Part shown: one piece after another, positions 1-11,714 of the stretch
How the letters are laid out: every line of letters starts with the position of its first letter
Numbering within the stretch: position 1 is the stretch's first letter
Origin: Malacoraja senta
Taxonomy: Eukaryota
DNA length: 64,000 nt
Direction of reading: 5' to 3'
NCBI GenBank assembly: GCA_038087875.1
Contig: CM075996.1
Span: 10,666,001 to 10,730,000 of the forward strand
Translations under genes and position numbers: made by a program
Notes under the pieces: model-generated
What the model was told of the DNA's origin: nothing
Seen by the model: the letters and a program-made list of their open reading frames with translations, nothing else
The model's database searches: none

Positions 1-400
1 GTAACTAGGAAAATGGACAAGGGAGAGCCAGTGGATGTAGTGTACCTGGACTTTCAGAAAGCATTTGATAAGGTCCAACATAAGAGAATAGTGGGCAAAA
101 TTAGAGCACATGGTATTGGGGGTAGGGTACTGACATGGATAGAAAATTGGTTGGCAGACAGGAAACAAAGACGGGATAAACGGTTCCCTTTCAGAATGGC
201 AGGCAGTGACTAGTGAGGTACCGCAAGGCTCGGTGCTGGGGCCGCAGCTATTTACAATATAGATTAATGATTTAGATGAAGGGATTAAAAATAGCATTAG
301 CAAATTTGCAGATGACACAAAGCTGGGTGGCCATGATCGTATTGAATGGCGGCTCGAAGGGCCGAATGGCCTACTCCTGCACCTATTGTCTATTATCTAT
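1..400 (+). mobile_element. CR1-clade LINE fragment (RT region plus 3' UTR)
   Basis: Translates to [12 protein letters not shown]...WIENWL, then VPQGSVLGP and FADD-type motifs. The CR1 3' end GGCCGAATGGCCTACTCCTGCACCTAT is at ~360-386. Confidence 0.85.
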
Positions 401-519
401 CTCTAAACTAAACATATAAATGCGTCATGATTTTTTGAGGCATTGTAAAATGGCTTCAATTTCCATTAGTGTTTCCTCATGGATGGGCTTTGTCAACAGT
501 GTAGTGCTCTGTTTTACCT

Positions 520-640
520 CATAGTCTGTGTGCCTCGAATAAGTATTGTTGTTTGTCCATGACAACTCTGTTCTTCCCCTTATCTGCTGTTTTGATGATA
601 ATTTCCCTGTTGTCTTTCACCTCTCTTAGGATTTGGGTAT
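520..640 (-). mobile_element. Penelope-like element RT fragment
   Basis: ORF 519..716 contains IIIKTADKG..VVMD...Y, the typical N-terminal RT motif of Penelope-like elements. Confidence 0.6.
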
Positions 641-749
641 TGTAAGCCAAGTTTACAGCTGAGGAAGAGAGCCAGCATCTGGCTGATGGAGGGAAAAGAC
701 AAGGCCAGGTGAGCAAAGTTTTGTGAAAGTTGTCTTTTAATAGGAACCG

Positions 750-1275
750 CGCACTGGCGCAGCGGTAGTTGCTACCTCACAGAGCCAGAGACCCGGGTTC
801 GATCCTGACGACAGGTGCTTGTCTGCACTGAGTTTGTACGTTCTCCCCATGACCTGCGTGGGTTTTCTCTGAGAACTCCGGTTTCTTCCCACACTCCAAA
901 GACGTACAGGTTTGTAGGTTAATTGGCTTAGTATAAAAGTAAATTGTCCCTAGTGCGTTTAGGAAACATAGAAACACGGTGGCACTGTGGCGCAACGGTA
1001 AAGCTGCTGCCTTACAGCGCTTGCAACGCCGGAGATCCGGGTTCAATCCTGACTACGGGTGCTTATCTGTACGGAGTTTGTACATTCTCCCCGTAACCGT
1101 TTTTTTCCAAGACCTTCTGTTTCCTCACACACTCCAAAGACCGACAGGTATGTAGGTTAATTCGCTTGGTGTATATGTAAATTGTCCCTAGTGTGTGTAA
1201 GATAGCGTTAATGTGCGGGGTGATCGCTGATCGGTGCTGACTCTGTGGGCCTGTTTCCGCCCTGTATCTCTAAAC
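750..1275 (+). mobile_element. Two tandem tRNA-derived V-SINE/HE1-like SINE copies
   Basis: Box A (TGGCGCAGCGG) and box B (GGTTCGATCC) head, followed by the V-SINE-type core GTTTGTACGTTCTCCCC...GGTTTC.TCCCACA. The same unit recurs more than 10 times in the window. Confidence 0.75.
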
Positions 1276-1670
1276 ATAGAAAATAGGTGCAGGAGTAGGC
1301 CATTTGGCCTTCGAGCCAGCATTGTCATTCAATATGATCAATGCTGATCATCCAAAATCAGTACCCATTCCTGCTTTCTCCCCTTGATTCCGTTATCCCT
1401 AAGAGCTCTATCTAACTCTTGAATACATCCAGCGAATTGGCCTCCACTGCCTTCTGTGACGGGGAATTCCACAGATTCACAACTCTGGGTGAAAAAGTTT
1501 TTCCCCATCTCAGTCTTAAATGGCCCACCCCTTATTCATAAACTGTGCCCCCTGGATCTGGACTCCCGCAACATCGGGAACATTTTTCCTTCATCCAGCC
1601 TGCCCAATCCCTTAAGAATTTATATGTTTCTATAAGATACCCTCTCATCCTTCTAAATTCCAGTGAATAT
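1275..1670 (-). mobile_element. CR1 LINE 3' end
   Basis: CATAGAAAATAGGTGCAGGAGTAGGCCATT tail and the ORF2 C-terminal region, shared with the other copies. Confidence 0.8.
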
Positions 1671-2447
1671 GTCAGGATAGCGTTGGTGTGGGGCAATCGC
1701 TTGTCGGCGCAGATTCGGTAGGCCGAACGGCCTGTTTCCGTGCTGTATCTCTAAACTAAACTAAACAGGATGGCTAGTGGTCAGTTTACAAGTTGCTCTG
1801 AGAAGCCTCCTGCCTTACACAGCCACAATCATTCATTGTATTTTGATACAAAGTTTGGATTGCATTTAGCTGTAAACTGGAAGTGTTGGACTTTCAAAAT
1901 GTTGATAGAATAAAGTCTTTAGAAAGAGAGAGAAAATAATCCAGTCACAAAGTACTCTAAAAGCAACAATGGTGTGCTTGCCAGCTTTAGTAGCTGAAGG
2001 ATGAGGTGCGTCCATTCACACCTCTATTCATTCCCTTGGAGTGGCTGGCTTGCCTGTATTTGTGAGATGCAGGCTCTGTCTGCACAGGGCCTCAGATAGT
2101 TCATTCCTTTTCCACTCAGTTTGTACTCTTCTCTGACTTTTACGGTTGACGCTGTTATCAGACGACACAATGGACTCTGCCAAGTTAAGGGTGCAATCCC
2201 ATTCTCCCAACCTATCTCATTGTAACTGATACAAATGAATTGAATATTAGGGTTGTGTGTGTGCGAGTTAAAAATGGGGTTTCTTTTATTGATTTCAGCA
2301 ATTGATATTTTACATGAAAAGGGGGAGGTACAGCTTGCATTTCAAACCAAAAATGCAACTGAATCTTCCAGGAATGAGAAACATATAATAAACAAATCTT
2401 CAGCAAATTGTTCAAAATCACAATTACCAGCTCTGCGAATGAAGTCG

Positions 2448-4198
2448 GACCAATTGAATAACTACTTTGGTTCCGTCTTCACTAAGGAAGACATAAATAA
2501 TCTGCCGGAAATAGCAGGGGGCCGCGGGTCAAAGGAGATGGAGGAACTGAGTGAAATCCAGGTTAGTCGGGAAGTGGTGTTGGGTAAATTGAATGGATTA
2601 AAGGCAGATAAATCACCAGGGCCAGATAGGCTGCATCCCAGAGTACTTACGGAAGTAGCTCCAGAAATAGTGGATGCATTAGTGATAATTTTTCAAAACT
2701 CTTTAGATTCTGGAGTAGTTCCTGAGGATTGGAGGGTAGCAAACGTAACCCCACTTTTTAAGAAGGGAGGGAGAGAGAAAACGGGGAATTACAGACCAGT
2801 TAGTCTAACATAGGTAGTGGGGAAACTGCTAGAGTCAGTTATTAAAGATGGGATAGCAGCACATTTGGAAAGTGGTGAAATCATTGGACAAAGTCAGCAT
2901 GGATTTACGAAAGGTAAATCGTGTCTGACGAATCTTATAGAATTTTTCGAGGATGTAACTAGTGGAGTGGATAGTGGAGAATCAGTGGATGTGTTGTATC
3001 TGGACTTTCAGAAGGCTTTCGACAAGGTACCACATAAGAGATTAGGATACAAACTTAAATCACACGGTGTTGGGGGTTCAGTATTGATGTGGATAGAGAA
3101 CTGGCTGGCAAACAGGAAGCACAGAGTAGGAGTAAACGGGTCCTTTTCACAATGGCAGGCAGTGACTAGTGGGGTACCGCAAGGCTCAGTGCTGGGACCC
3201 CAGCTATTTACAATTTATATTAATGATCTGGACGAGGGAATTGAAAGCAACATCTCCAAGTTTGCGGATGACACGAAGCTGGGGGGCAGTGTTAGCTGTG
3301 AGGAGGATGCTAGGAGACTGCAAGGTGACTTGGATAGGCTGGGTGAGTGGGCAAATGTTTGGCAGATGCAGTATAATGTGGATAAATGTGAGGTTATCCA
3401 CTTTGGTGGCAAAAACGGGAAGGCAGACTATTATCTAAATGGTGGCCGATTAGGAAATGGGGAGATGCAGCGAGACCTGGGTGTCATGGTACACCAGTCA
3501 TTGAAAGTAGGCATGCAGGTGCAGCAGGCAGTGAAGAAAGCGAATGGTATGTTGGCCTTCATAGCAAGAGGATTTGAGTATAGGAGCAGGGAGGTTCTAC
3601 TGCAGTTGTACAGGGTCTTGGTGAGACCACACCTGGAGTATTGCGTACAGTTTTGGTCTCCAAATCTGAGGAAGGACATTATAGCCATAGAGGGAGTGCA
3701 GAGAAGGTTCACCAGACTGATTCCTGGGATGTCAGGACTTTCATATGAAGAAAGACTGGATAGACTTGGCTTATACTCGCTAGAATTTAGGAGATTGAGA
3801 GGGGATCTTATAGAAACGTACAAAATTCTTATGGGGTTGGACAGGCTAGATGCAGGAAGATTGTTCCCGATGTTGGGGAAGTCCAGGACAAGGGGTCACA
3901 GCTTAAGGATAAGGGGGAAATCCTTTAAGACCGAGATGAGGAAAAACTTTTTCACACAGAGAGTGGTGAATCTCTGGAACTCTCTGCCAGAGAGGGTAGT
4001 TGAGGCCAGTTCATTGGCTATATTTAAGAGGGAGTTAGATGTGGCCCTTGTGGCTAAGGATATCAGGGGGTATGGAGAGAAGGGAGGTACGGGATACTGA
4101 GTTGGATGATCAGCCATGATCATATTGAATGGCGGTGCAGGCTCGAAGGGCCGAATGGCCTACTCCTGCACCTATTTTCTATGTATCTATGTATCTAT
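2448..4198 (+). mobile_element. Young 5'-truncated CR1 LINE (RT domain), same subfamily as 20775-24062
   Basis: ORFs ..2813 and 2817..4100 encode RT ([21 protein letters not shown]) with one nonsense codon. Has a (TATCTATG)n tail. AAGTCG is duplicated at 2442-2447 and 4199-4204. Confidence 0.92.
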
Positions 4199-4715
4199 AA
4201 GTCGCCACAACTGGGATGATGTCGGTCGGTCAGAAGAGCGAGAGTGAGCTGCACATGAACCACAGCGAGCACCACACCGCTAAGCAAAGATCTTATAGTG
4301 AGCAAGATGGTCCACTCCACTAAAAAGCTGTAGTAGGGTCATGGGTAATCTTCAGCGCCATTTCCGTAACCGGCTTCCGTCATGGCGTCAAGCTAATTCA
4401 GGGAGATGTTGCTATATCAGGCTGAGAGATTAAAGGATAGACACAAAATGCAGCGGGTCGGGCGGCATTTCTGGACAAAAGGAATAGGTGACATTTCGGG
4501 CCGAGACCCGTCTTCAGACTGAGTCAGGGGAAAGAGGAACTCAAACCATCCTCCCCCCCTTCCCTCCGACACGGACACGGAGCGATCACCGTCCCCCCCA
4601 TTTTTTTTGTTGAACATCTATTTCCTTCTGGTTTTTTTTTAATTTCCCCCTTAGCATTTCCGTACTTTTCGATAGCTGCCATGACCCGTTTGATGTCATC
4701 CTTCACCCTGCTCCT

Positions 4716-4738
4716 CAACGATCCTATAGCGATCTTTG
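4716..4738. mobile_element. 23-bp TIR remnant with 8-bp TSD (transposon footprint)
   Basis: CTGCTCCT-[CAACGATCCTATAGCGATCTTTG]-CTGCTCCT. The paralogous inverted copy at ~5224-5231 has a single CTGCTCTT. Confidence 0.8.
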
Positions 4739-4901
4739 CTGCTCCTGGTCTCGGCCCACACCAATCTGCCGGACTCTGTGTGTGTGTGTGTGTGTGTGGT
4801 TTTTTTTGTTTTTGTTTTTTTTGTTTGAGGGGAGAAGCGACCGCACCAAGAGCGCACAGACAGACGGACGAAACCAACGATCATAGAACGGAATAGATGA
4901 C

Positions 4902-4913
4902 CAAAGATCTTTG
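4902..4913. mobile_element. 12-bp TIR remnant with degenerate 8-bp TSD
   Basis: TAGATGAC-[CAAAGATCTTTG]-TAGGTGGC. The paralogous empty site at 5076-5083 has a single TAGGTGGC on the minus strand. Confidence 0.65.
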
Positions 4914-7565
4914 TAGGTGGCATTTCGGGTGGAGACAATTCTTCAGACTGAGTCAGGGGAAAGAGGAGCAAGAGATATAAATGGTACTAAGGACAAATGA
5001 ATGGAAGATATGCCTATATCTCCCGTTTACCTTTCCCTTGATTGTCAGTCTGAAGAAGGGTCTCGACCCGAAATGGCCACCTATGCCGCTCTATGATAGT
5101 TGCTTTCGTCCGTCTGTCCACGCGTTCGCTCGCACTTGGTGCCGGCGCTTCTCCCCTCAGACTCCGCCAAACAAACGCACACACACGCACAGCATATCCG
5201 GCAGATCGGTGCGGGTCGAGACCAAGAGCAGGGCGAAGGGTGACGTCAAACGGGTCATGGCAGCTATCGAAAATGTCGACCGGAAATATCACCTAGTCCT
5301 CTCCAGAGATGCTGCCTGATCCACTGATTTATTCCAGCCTTTTGTGTCTGTCTTCGGTTTAAACCAGCATCTGCCGTTCCTCCATGTACAAGGTATGTGC
5401 CGTTTAAAAAGAAAATTAAAAAAAACATTTAAAACATTTAAAAACACAAACTGTTCCCCCGCAACGCTGCGAGAGGCATAACTGAAGTCGGGTCGAGGTT
5501 ACTGAAATGATGGAAGTTACGCTCCGGTGCGTACTACACGTCAGTCCATTGTATTTCGCTGGAGTGGACCATCTTGCTCGCTATAAGATCTTTGACTGAC
5601 TCTGACGGGGGCAGGGGTGAATTTAGCACCTTCACATGAGCAGCCCCAGGGAGTGATTGCTTCTTCAATGTGGACCTGCCCCCCGACAAAACTCTTGCCT
5701 GCATGCTTTAGGACTGGGGTGTGGGTGGGTTGGAGGGTGGTCCGCTGCATTGCGCTGTTGGCTGTGTATTGGTAAGTCATCTGTCTGTCTGCGGGTGTGA
5801 GATGACTGGCTCTGGAGGGTGGGCGGGCTTGCGCCATCGGGCCTGGAGGGGTAGGTGGGCGGCGCCAGAGGTAATGACAAGGCCGCCCGCCTTATTGGAT
5901 TTGTCACGAGCCAAGTTTACGTTTGAGGAGGAGAGGCAGCAAGCGACTGGCTGGCTGGTGGAGGGGAAAGGCAAGGCCAGGTGAGCAACTTGCTGTGCAC
6001 CTTGTGACTTTGTGCGAGTGAGTTTCAGCTTCAGCCGAGCCCGGTGTGTTGCAGCTGCGACATATTGTGCCTGGTCCCTGTGAGGGCAAACACTGAGGGG
6101 GTGGGTGATGGCATGGGCGGAAATCCTGCGGGGGGTACAGGGGGCATGTCCCCCCCATGCTTTGGGAGGTGGGGTACAATCCCCCCCCTCCATGTATTGT
6201 AATCCGGACTTTATCAGACGCTTTATAAGGCTGAATTGGCCCATTCACGGGGCCTTTCAGTGCCTTAAAATCTAACTGCTGCATCGAGGCGATCGAGGCT
6301 CCCGGTTGAAGCTCCTGCCGGCTGATGAAAGACCCCGTGAACAGGCCGATTCAAGCCCCACGATTCGTGGGCGGGCGAAGCTGCTGTTGCTGTAGTCCGA
6401 AGTACAGCAACAGCAGCTTCATCCGCCCCGAATGCGTCCCCAGCAAGGTCAGCTCCCAAGAAATTGTGTCCCCCATCACCTAGGGAGCCATCCCTAGGTG
6501 ATGGCTCCTTCATCTACAAACCCTCAGCCTGACCGTCACTTGGTGCTTGCTCATCCAGATTCCACACAGGACCTCGATCTCAATGCAGCTTCCTGCTCCC
6601 TCGACGGGATGAGTATGGAAAGGTTTTGTGCGTAGTGCGGCGGCGCGGATTACTGCAACCTGTCTGTCTTTTTTTAATTTTTGTCTAGTTAAATGTAGTT
6701 GTTTGTGTTTTTATACTGATTTTGACTGTGTATATGTGGGGGGGGGGAGGGGGAAACTTTTAAAATCTCTTCCCTGCACGGGAGACCCGACCTTTTACCT
6801 GTCGGGTCTCCGTTGTCGTTGGGGCCTAGCTCCGTGGAGCGGCCTCCGACCGGGACGACCTGGGGGCTCCAGTCGCGGAGCCTGCGGAGCTGAGGACTCA
6901 CCATCGTGGGGCTGGCCGGCCTCGGAGCGTGGGGAGCAGTGGTGGCTCGCTGCTGCGGCCCGACTCCGGAGCTCCAGCTGCAGACCTGTGGACTATGATT
7001 TCGTGAGCTCGCGGGTCCGGGTGAGAGACCGCATTCCGGAGCTCCCGCAACGCAACTTCTCCCGCCAATGTCGCAGGGGTGGAACGACCCGGAGCGGGGC
7101 CGTAAATCGCCCGGCGCGGCTTTAATGGCCGCGTGACATTCCAGCGCCTGCCGGGGGCTCCAACTTGTGACTTTTGGGCCTGGAGCGAGGCCGTACATCT
7201 CCCGGCGCGGCCTCAACGGCCGTGGGACTTAACATTGCCCGCCTGGGGCTTCAACATGGGGAGAAAAATGGTGCAGGGGAGAGAAAAGACTTTGCCTTCC
7301 ATCACAGTGAGGAGGAGATTCACTGTGATGGATGTTTTTCTGTAAATTGAATTGTTTGTGTGTCGTGTAGGAATTGTTTTGTTTGTATGGCTGTGGAAAC
7401 GGAGTTTCGTTTGAGCCTCACTGAGGTTCAAATGACAAGAAATAAAATTTAATCTAATCTAATCCTTCATCACCCAAGCAGTGTTGTCAATCCCTTGTCC
7501 TCCTCCCAGGGCACTCTTAGCATGGCCATCGCAATGGAGACAGTGAGCAGAATTTTCTTCTGGAA

Positions 7566-8215
7566 TGAGAGTTACGTTGCCTGTCGGTCTCGATCCGTAA
7601 ATAGACTCAAGGGCACAAATCATTAACCATCAGCAATTGGTTGATTTTATATGCGCAAGGGGAGATGTGTCTCAGTCAAAGGCTGTGATCACATTTCCAA
7701 TGTTAGTCAGCATAGCAGTATATTTATACACGAAGGTGATGACGTTTGATGATGTGAAGTAGATCAATGCGTTAATAATCGGGTCTGCTCATAATATACA
7801 CAAAGACGATGGCTTTTGATAGTATGAAGTAGATCAATGTGTTAATCACGTTGCTGAGTTTGCATTAATCACCTGGGTTGAACATTATTGTGTGAACTAT
7901 CCCATTATGCTTTGCAGTACTAAAGGTTTTTATTCTATGCTCCCTCCTCTTTTTCCTTTAGGACAACTGGCTGTTCTTTTTCTGCCATGATAGTGAATGT
8001 GTGAAACACCTCTTTAACAATCTTCTCTGGATCAGTTGGTTGTGCCAGCATTAGTGCTGGTCCTGTGGTGACAAGGGCAGTAGCTGCCTGAGCTCAGCAA
8101 CACCGGATCAGGGCAGCAACGCAGTAAAAGGCGGTGATTATGACAACAACTATGATGAGAATCTGTAGTAGGCTGGTATCGATGCTCCCAGCCACCCTGA
8201 CACAAAACCCCTCTG
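7566..8215 (-). mobile_element. Probable remnant of a second ERV: env transmembrane anchor, PPT and 3' LTR
   Basis: The minus strand reads GWLG..SLLQILIIVVVIITAFYCVAALIRCC (~8095-8200), then a purine tract AAAGGAAAAAGAGGAGGGAG (7940-7959), TATAAATA (7721-7728), an internal ~22-bp direct repeat, and a ...TAACTCTCA end at 7566. Confidence 0.45.
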
Positions 8216-8944
8216 GGCCTAAGAACTGGTTGGATCTTGGTGTAACTTTGCGGATTCCTTGCAAATATAATTTGCTAAATTAATAATATTTTCGGAATTA
8301 TCCGGGACGTGATGATTTTGAGTTTACCCGTCCGAGGGCCCAAAACTAAAGTGAAGGCTTTAAGTCTTTTCTGTTATAGAAACTTAGAAAATAGGTGCAG
8401 GAGTAGGCCATTCTGACCTTCGAGCCTGAAGAAGGGTTTCGGCCCGAAACGTTGCCTATTTTCTTCGCTCCATAGATGCTGCTGCACCCGCTGAGTTTCT
8501 CCAGCATTTCTGTGTACCCACCATTCAATACGATCATGGCTGATCATCCAAAATCAGTACCCCGTTCCTGCTTTCTCTTGTTAAACAAAACTTTAAAACA
8601 TAACACAAAGATCGGGTAAGACAATCAAGACTGTGTTCAAGAGTGCCAAAAACAATAATCACTGGGAGCAATCTAGGGAATTGCTCAACGAACAGATTCA
8701 TATATTCCTTATACAGAATTTTCCTTTGATGTTTTGTTTATTGCAGAAGACAAATTAGAAGTTTTTCTTCTTCCAAATGGTCCAAAAACAAACATACATT
8801 GTGCACCACCGAAAGACAGCAGAGTAAACGCAGCCCAATTCCACACCCTTGCAGATAAGCAAATGTCCTGTTACCCATTCTAACTTATTTTATTGTTTTA
8901 TGATTGCCATTCGTCCTTTGACAACAGAGAACAGAATCTGACAA

Positions 8945-10100
8945 AAGGGCCTGTCCCATTTGGGCGACATTTTCGGCGACAACCTGAAAAGAGGTTGTCG
9001 CGGCGTGACGCATTTAATGATGCGCGGTGCCTCCCTGCCGCCACTGGATTTTTGAATGTTCAAAATCTTTCTGCGACATCTACGTGTCGTATCATGTCGT
9101 GCGCCCTGTCGCATGCTGACTTAGGGTGTCCTTCGGGTGACGCATGGTGACGCAAGGTCATGACTTCTGCTAATTAATTTTGCTTCACAATGCGTCACCA
9201 TGCATCAATGATACATCAAGATGCGTCACGGCGAGTCATTTGAGCGCCGCACCACGTGATCACACGGGTATATAAAGCGCCGACTTTCAAAACTTTTTTC
9301 ACTTGCAACGGAGACAATCGTAAAATGGCACCCGAGAAGCAGGGTTCATCAGAAGAGCAAGGAACAACGAAAACCAACCATGCAGGAGAAGACCCAGGTT
9401 CAGCAGATTGAGGTCTAGGAGGAGGAGACCATGGAGGTGAACATGGAGGGGGCTCGTGGCCACAGCACCACCCCACTCAGGGCCACATTTTCCAAAGCTG
9501 CTGCTCCTGCTCCAATTGCTAGATTTGCTGTAGATTGGGATTCTGATTTTGCTGAGGATACTGATGCCTCAGTTGAGCCAGTTGAGATCAAGAAGATGAG
9601 GCAAATGGTAATCAAGCCATATGATTTCAGCAGCGAACAAGAAGGGGACCTGGTAGATTGGTATCATCTTGCTTGCCCCATCCTGATGGTCTTGAAAATT
9701 TGTGATACACATTTATTTTCTTCCAGTTCAACAAGGAGAAACCACAGCGTGCCATCTCCAGTGAGGATGAGCTTGATCCTCTTGAGGGACCCTCTGGATC
9801 CACCACCCCGACCAGTCAGGAGTACAGCCAGAGAAAGCAGACCATTGCCATCCCCACTGCAGGCTCCAGCACAACTGCGGCTGAGGAAGAAAAGTCTAGA
9901 CAGGCAAGTCAGCGGGAGATGATCAAACAAGTCAGTGGATGATCAAAGAACCTCCTCTGCAAAGCAAAGCAAGCTACATATAAGTCATTGCAAGCAAGGA
10001 GTGCATCTACATCGTACATCTACACCCCTGTCCTCACAAAGCAGGGAATTTTAAGTAGGCATAAAAGGTAAGAATCAAAGATTCTTATTGTAGTTGCAAA
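8945..10100 (+). mobile_element. Decayed PIF/Harbinger-like element (one TIR and a possible Myb/MADF-like ORF remnant)
   Basis: AGGGCCTGTCCCA terminus, matching the MITE at 37503. The downstream peptide KPYDFSSEQEGDLVDWY resembles a MADF/SANT start. Right boundary is uncertain. Confidence 0.35.
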
Positions 10101-10469
10101 TGCTTACTGTATGTTTAATATGGTACTGACTAAGTAGATCTATATCAACAATTATCAAATAATTTAGTGCCAAAATACTTGGGAATCATTGAAAATTTGT
10201 GCAAGGAAAGGGTGTCAGAATGGCTAAAACCCATGAGCTTCATGAGCCCCTGGACCCCACCCGCAAGTGCTCGATTATTTCGCTCGTAAAAATCTCCCCG
10301 ATTGGAAACTCCCAATGTTGGCAGCTCTGTACTTATGAGTAAAACTGTATCATGATGAATAGCCAACACAGCACCAGGGTTTCAGCCCCTGATTATACAA
10401 ACCAGCCATCTTTTCCTACAGGCCTACACATAGAGCAAACTGACACAGCAGCTCCAAACCTAACCTGAG

Positions 10470-10760
10470 GATTTGATGGACCTCCCAGAGTGGGATTAAC
10501 ACCAAATCGAGCCCCAATTAGAGGAGTTGATGTTGATAAACCACAGGAAAGGGTGGCCCTACTAACCGCAAAAAAGGTCTGTTGGTATCAGAACATGGAA
10601 TGTTTGAACACTGTACCAGGAAGGAAACCTTGAAGTTAAATGGAAATCTTTCATTGGGAAATTTTGGGAGTAGCAGAAAGCCACTGGACCGAATCGCAGG
10701 AATTTTCCAATCAAGGATACAAGAGTTTTTGTGCAGGAAATGACACAATACACAGACGCC
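10470..10760 (+). mobile_element. RTE-like LINE endonuclease fragment
   Basis: Degenerate TWNV.TLYQEGNL and ILGVAESHWTES motifs, typical of an RTE-clade APE N-terminus. Confidence 0.5.
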
Positions 10761-11194
10761 GAAACGGGGAAATGTTTACATTTTTCAGAAGAGATTTTCC
10801 TTGTGATTTTAGAAATCCACTCCTCTGTACATTTGGTACATTATTTTCCCGGCTTTTTTAATTAAAATTGTTGACCAATCTGACCGTTTAAAAAAATCTG
10901 ACCGCTGACCAGCTGCTGACGTTAAAATAACAGTGACATTTTTACATCTTCTGGTAGAAATTTTCCTTATGATTTCAAAAATCCACTCCTCTATAAATTT
11001 GGTCAATTATTTCCCGAGATATTTACTAAAATTTATCACCAAACTGACATTTTTAAAAAATATTAAGGTTGCCCAGCTGCTGACCTCACAATGCCTTTCC
11101 TCGTGGCCCAGCCCACGGCCCCGCCGCACTGGATTAATGCAGCTGCTGTCAACGCGCATGCGCAGTTTTCCACGAGTTACGCTACCCCACCCAC

Positions 11195-11582
11195 TGTTAG
11201 AAATTTTCCAACAAACGACTGTTACGAAAACTGAGGTACAACTGAACGAACTTTATTGTGAGAGAGAGAGTCACACAGAGCACAAGAGTCTGTGCGAGTC
11301 CCCCTGTGCTAATGCTGAAACACATCTCTTTTATACATTGATTGAAACCAAAAAGCGTCGAGACTATGGCAACTGATAAGGAAACTCAGAATTGAAAGGA
11401 AATAACAGTTAGCTGCGGAATGTTTCGCCGGAGCAAGATTAGCGGTTCTGCAAGCTATGTGATTACACCTAATCACTCGACCGAGACCTGTTAATTACTT
11501 GCGCCCTAGGCACTTTTGGTAAGCGATCTTGTACAGACACAGATAGAATACACAAGGGAACAGATACATAAATTTTCCATAA
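11195..11582 (-). repeat. ERV 3' LTR (388 bp)
   Basis: Direct repeat of 24624-25014 (about 18 substitutions and 2 indels by manual alignment). Minus-strand TATAAAA at 11329-11335 and AATAAA at 11252-11257. Its inner terminus reads TT instead of TG. Confidence 0.95.
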
Positions 11583-11596
11583 TTTTCCTCCTGTTT
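11583..11596 (-). promoter_or_regulatory. Polypurine tract
   Basis: The minus strand reads AAACAGGAGGAAAA immediately before the 3' LTR. Confidence 0.75.
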
Positions 11597-11714
11597 ATAT
11601 AAATTTACTGAATTTACTAAAACAAATTTATGGCCTTCGAGTTGAAGTCCCCAAGTTTCTTCACGGAAACCACATGTTCTCTTGACTTTCTGTAGTTCGA
11701 TCATTCGTGGGGAT

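Larger units (their letters stand above)
4285..5594. mobile_element. Non-autonomous DNA transposon-like unit bounded by ~34-bp TIRs starting CAAAGATCTTATAG (P-element-like)
   Basis: CAAAGATCTTATAGTGAGCAAGATGGTCCACTCC at 4285-4318 and its reverse complement (one mismatch) at 5561-5594. The flanking 8-mers do not match, so the two ends may not belong to a single insertion. Confidence 0.55.

Noticed and set aside
750..830. tRNA-like A/B boxes
   Set aside because: SINE heads continuing into the SINE body, not tRNA genes.
2253..2447. ORF 5' extension or small exon upstream of the CR1 at 2448
   Set aside because: Chance open frame fused to the LINE; no recognisable protein or partner exons.
6628..7216. 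GC-rich 165-175 aa ORFs
   Set aside because: No recognisable domain; probably an unclassified repeat ending in an (AATCT)n tail near 7460.
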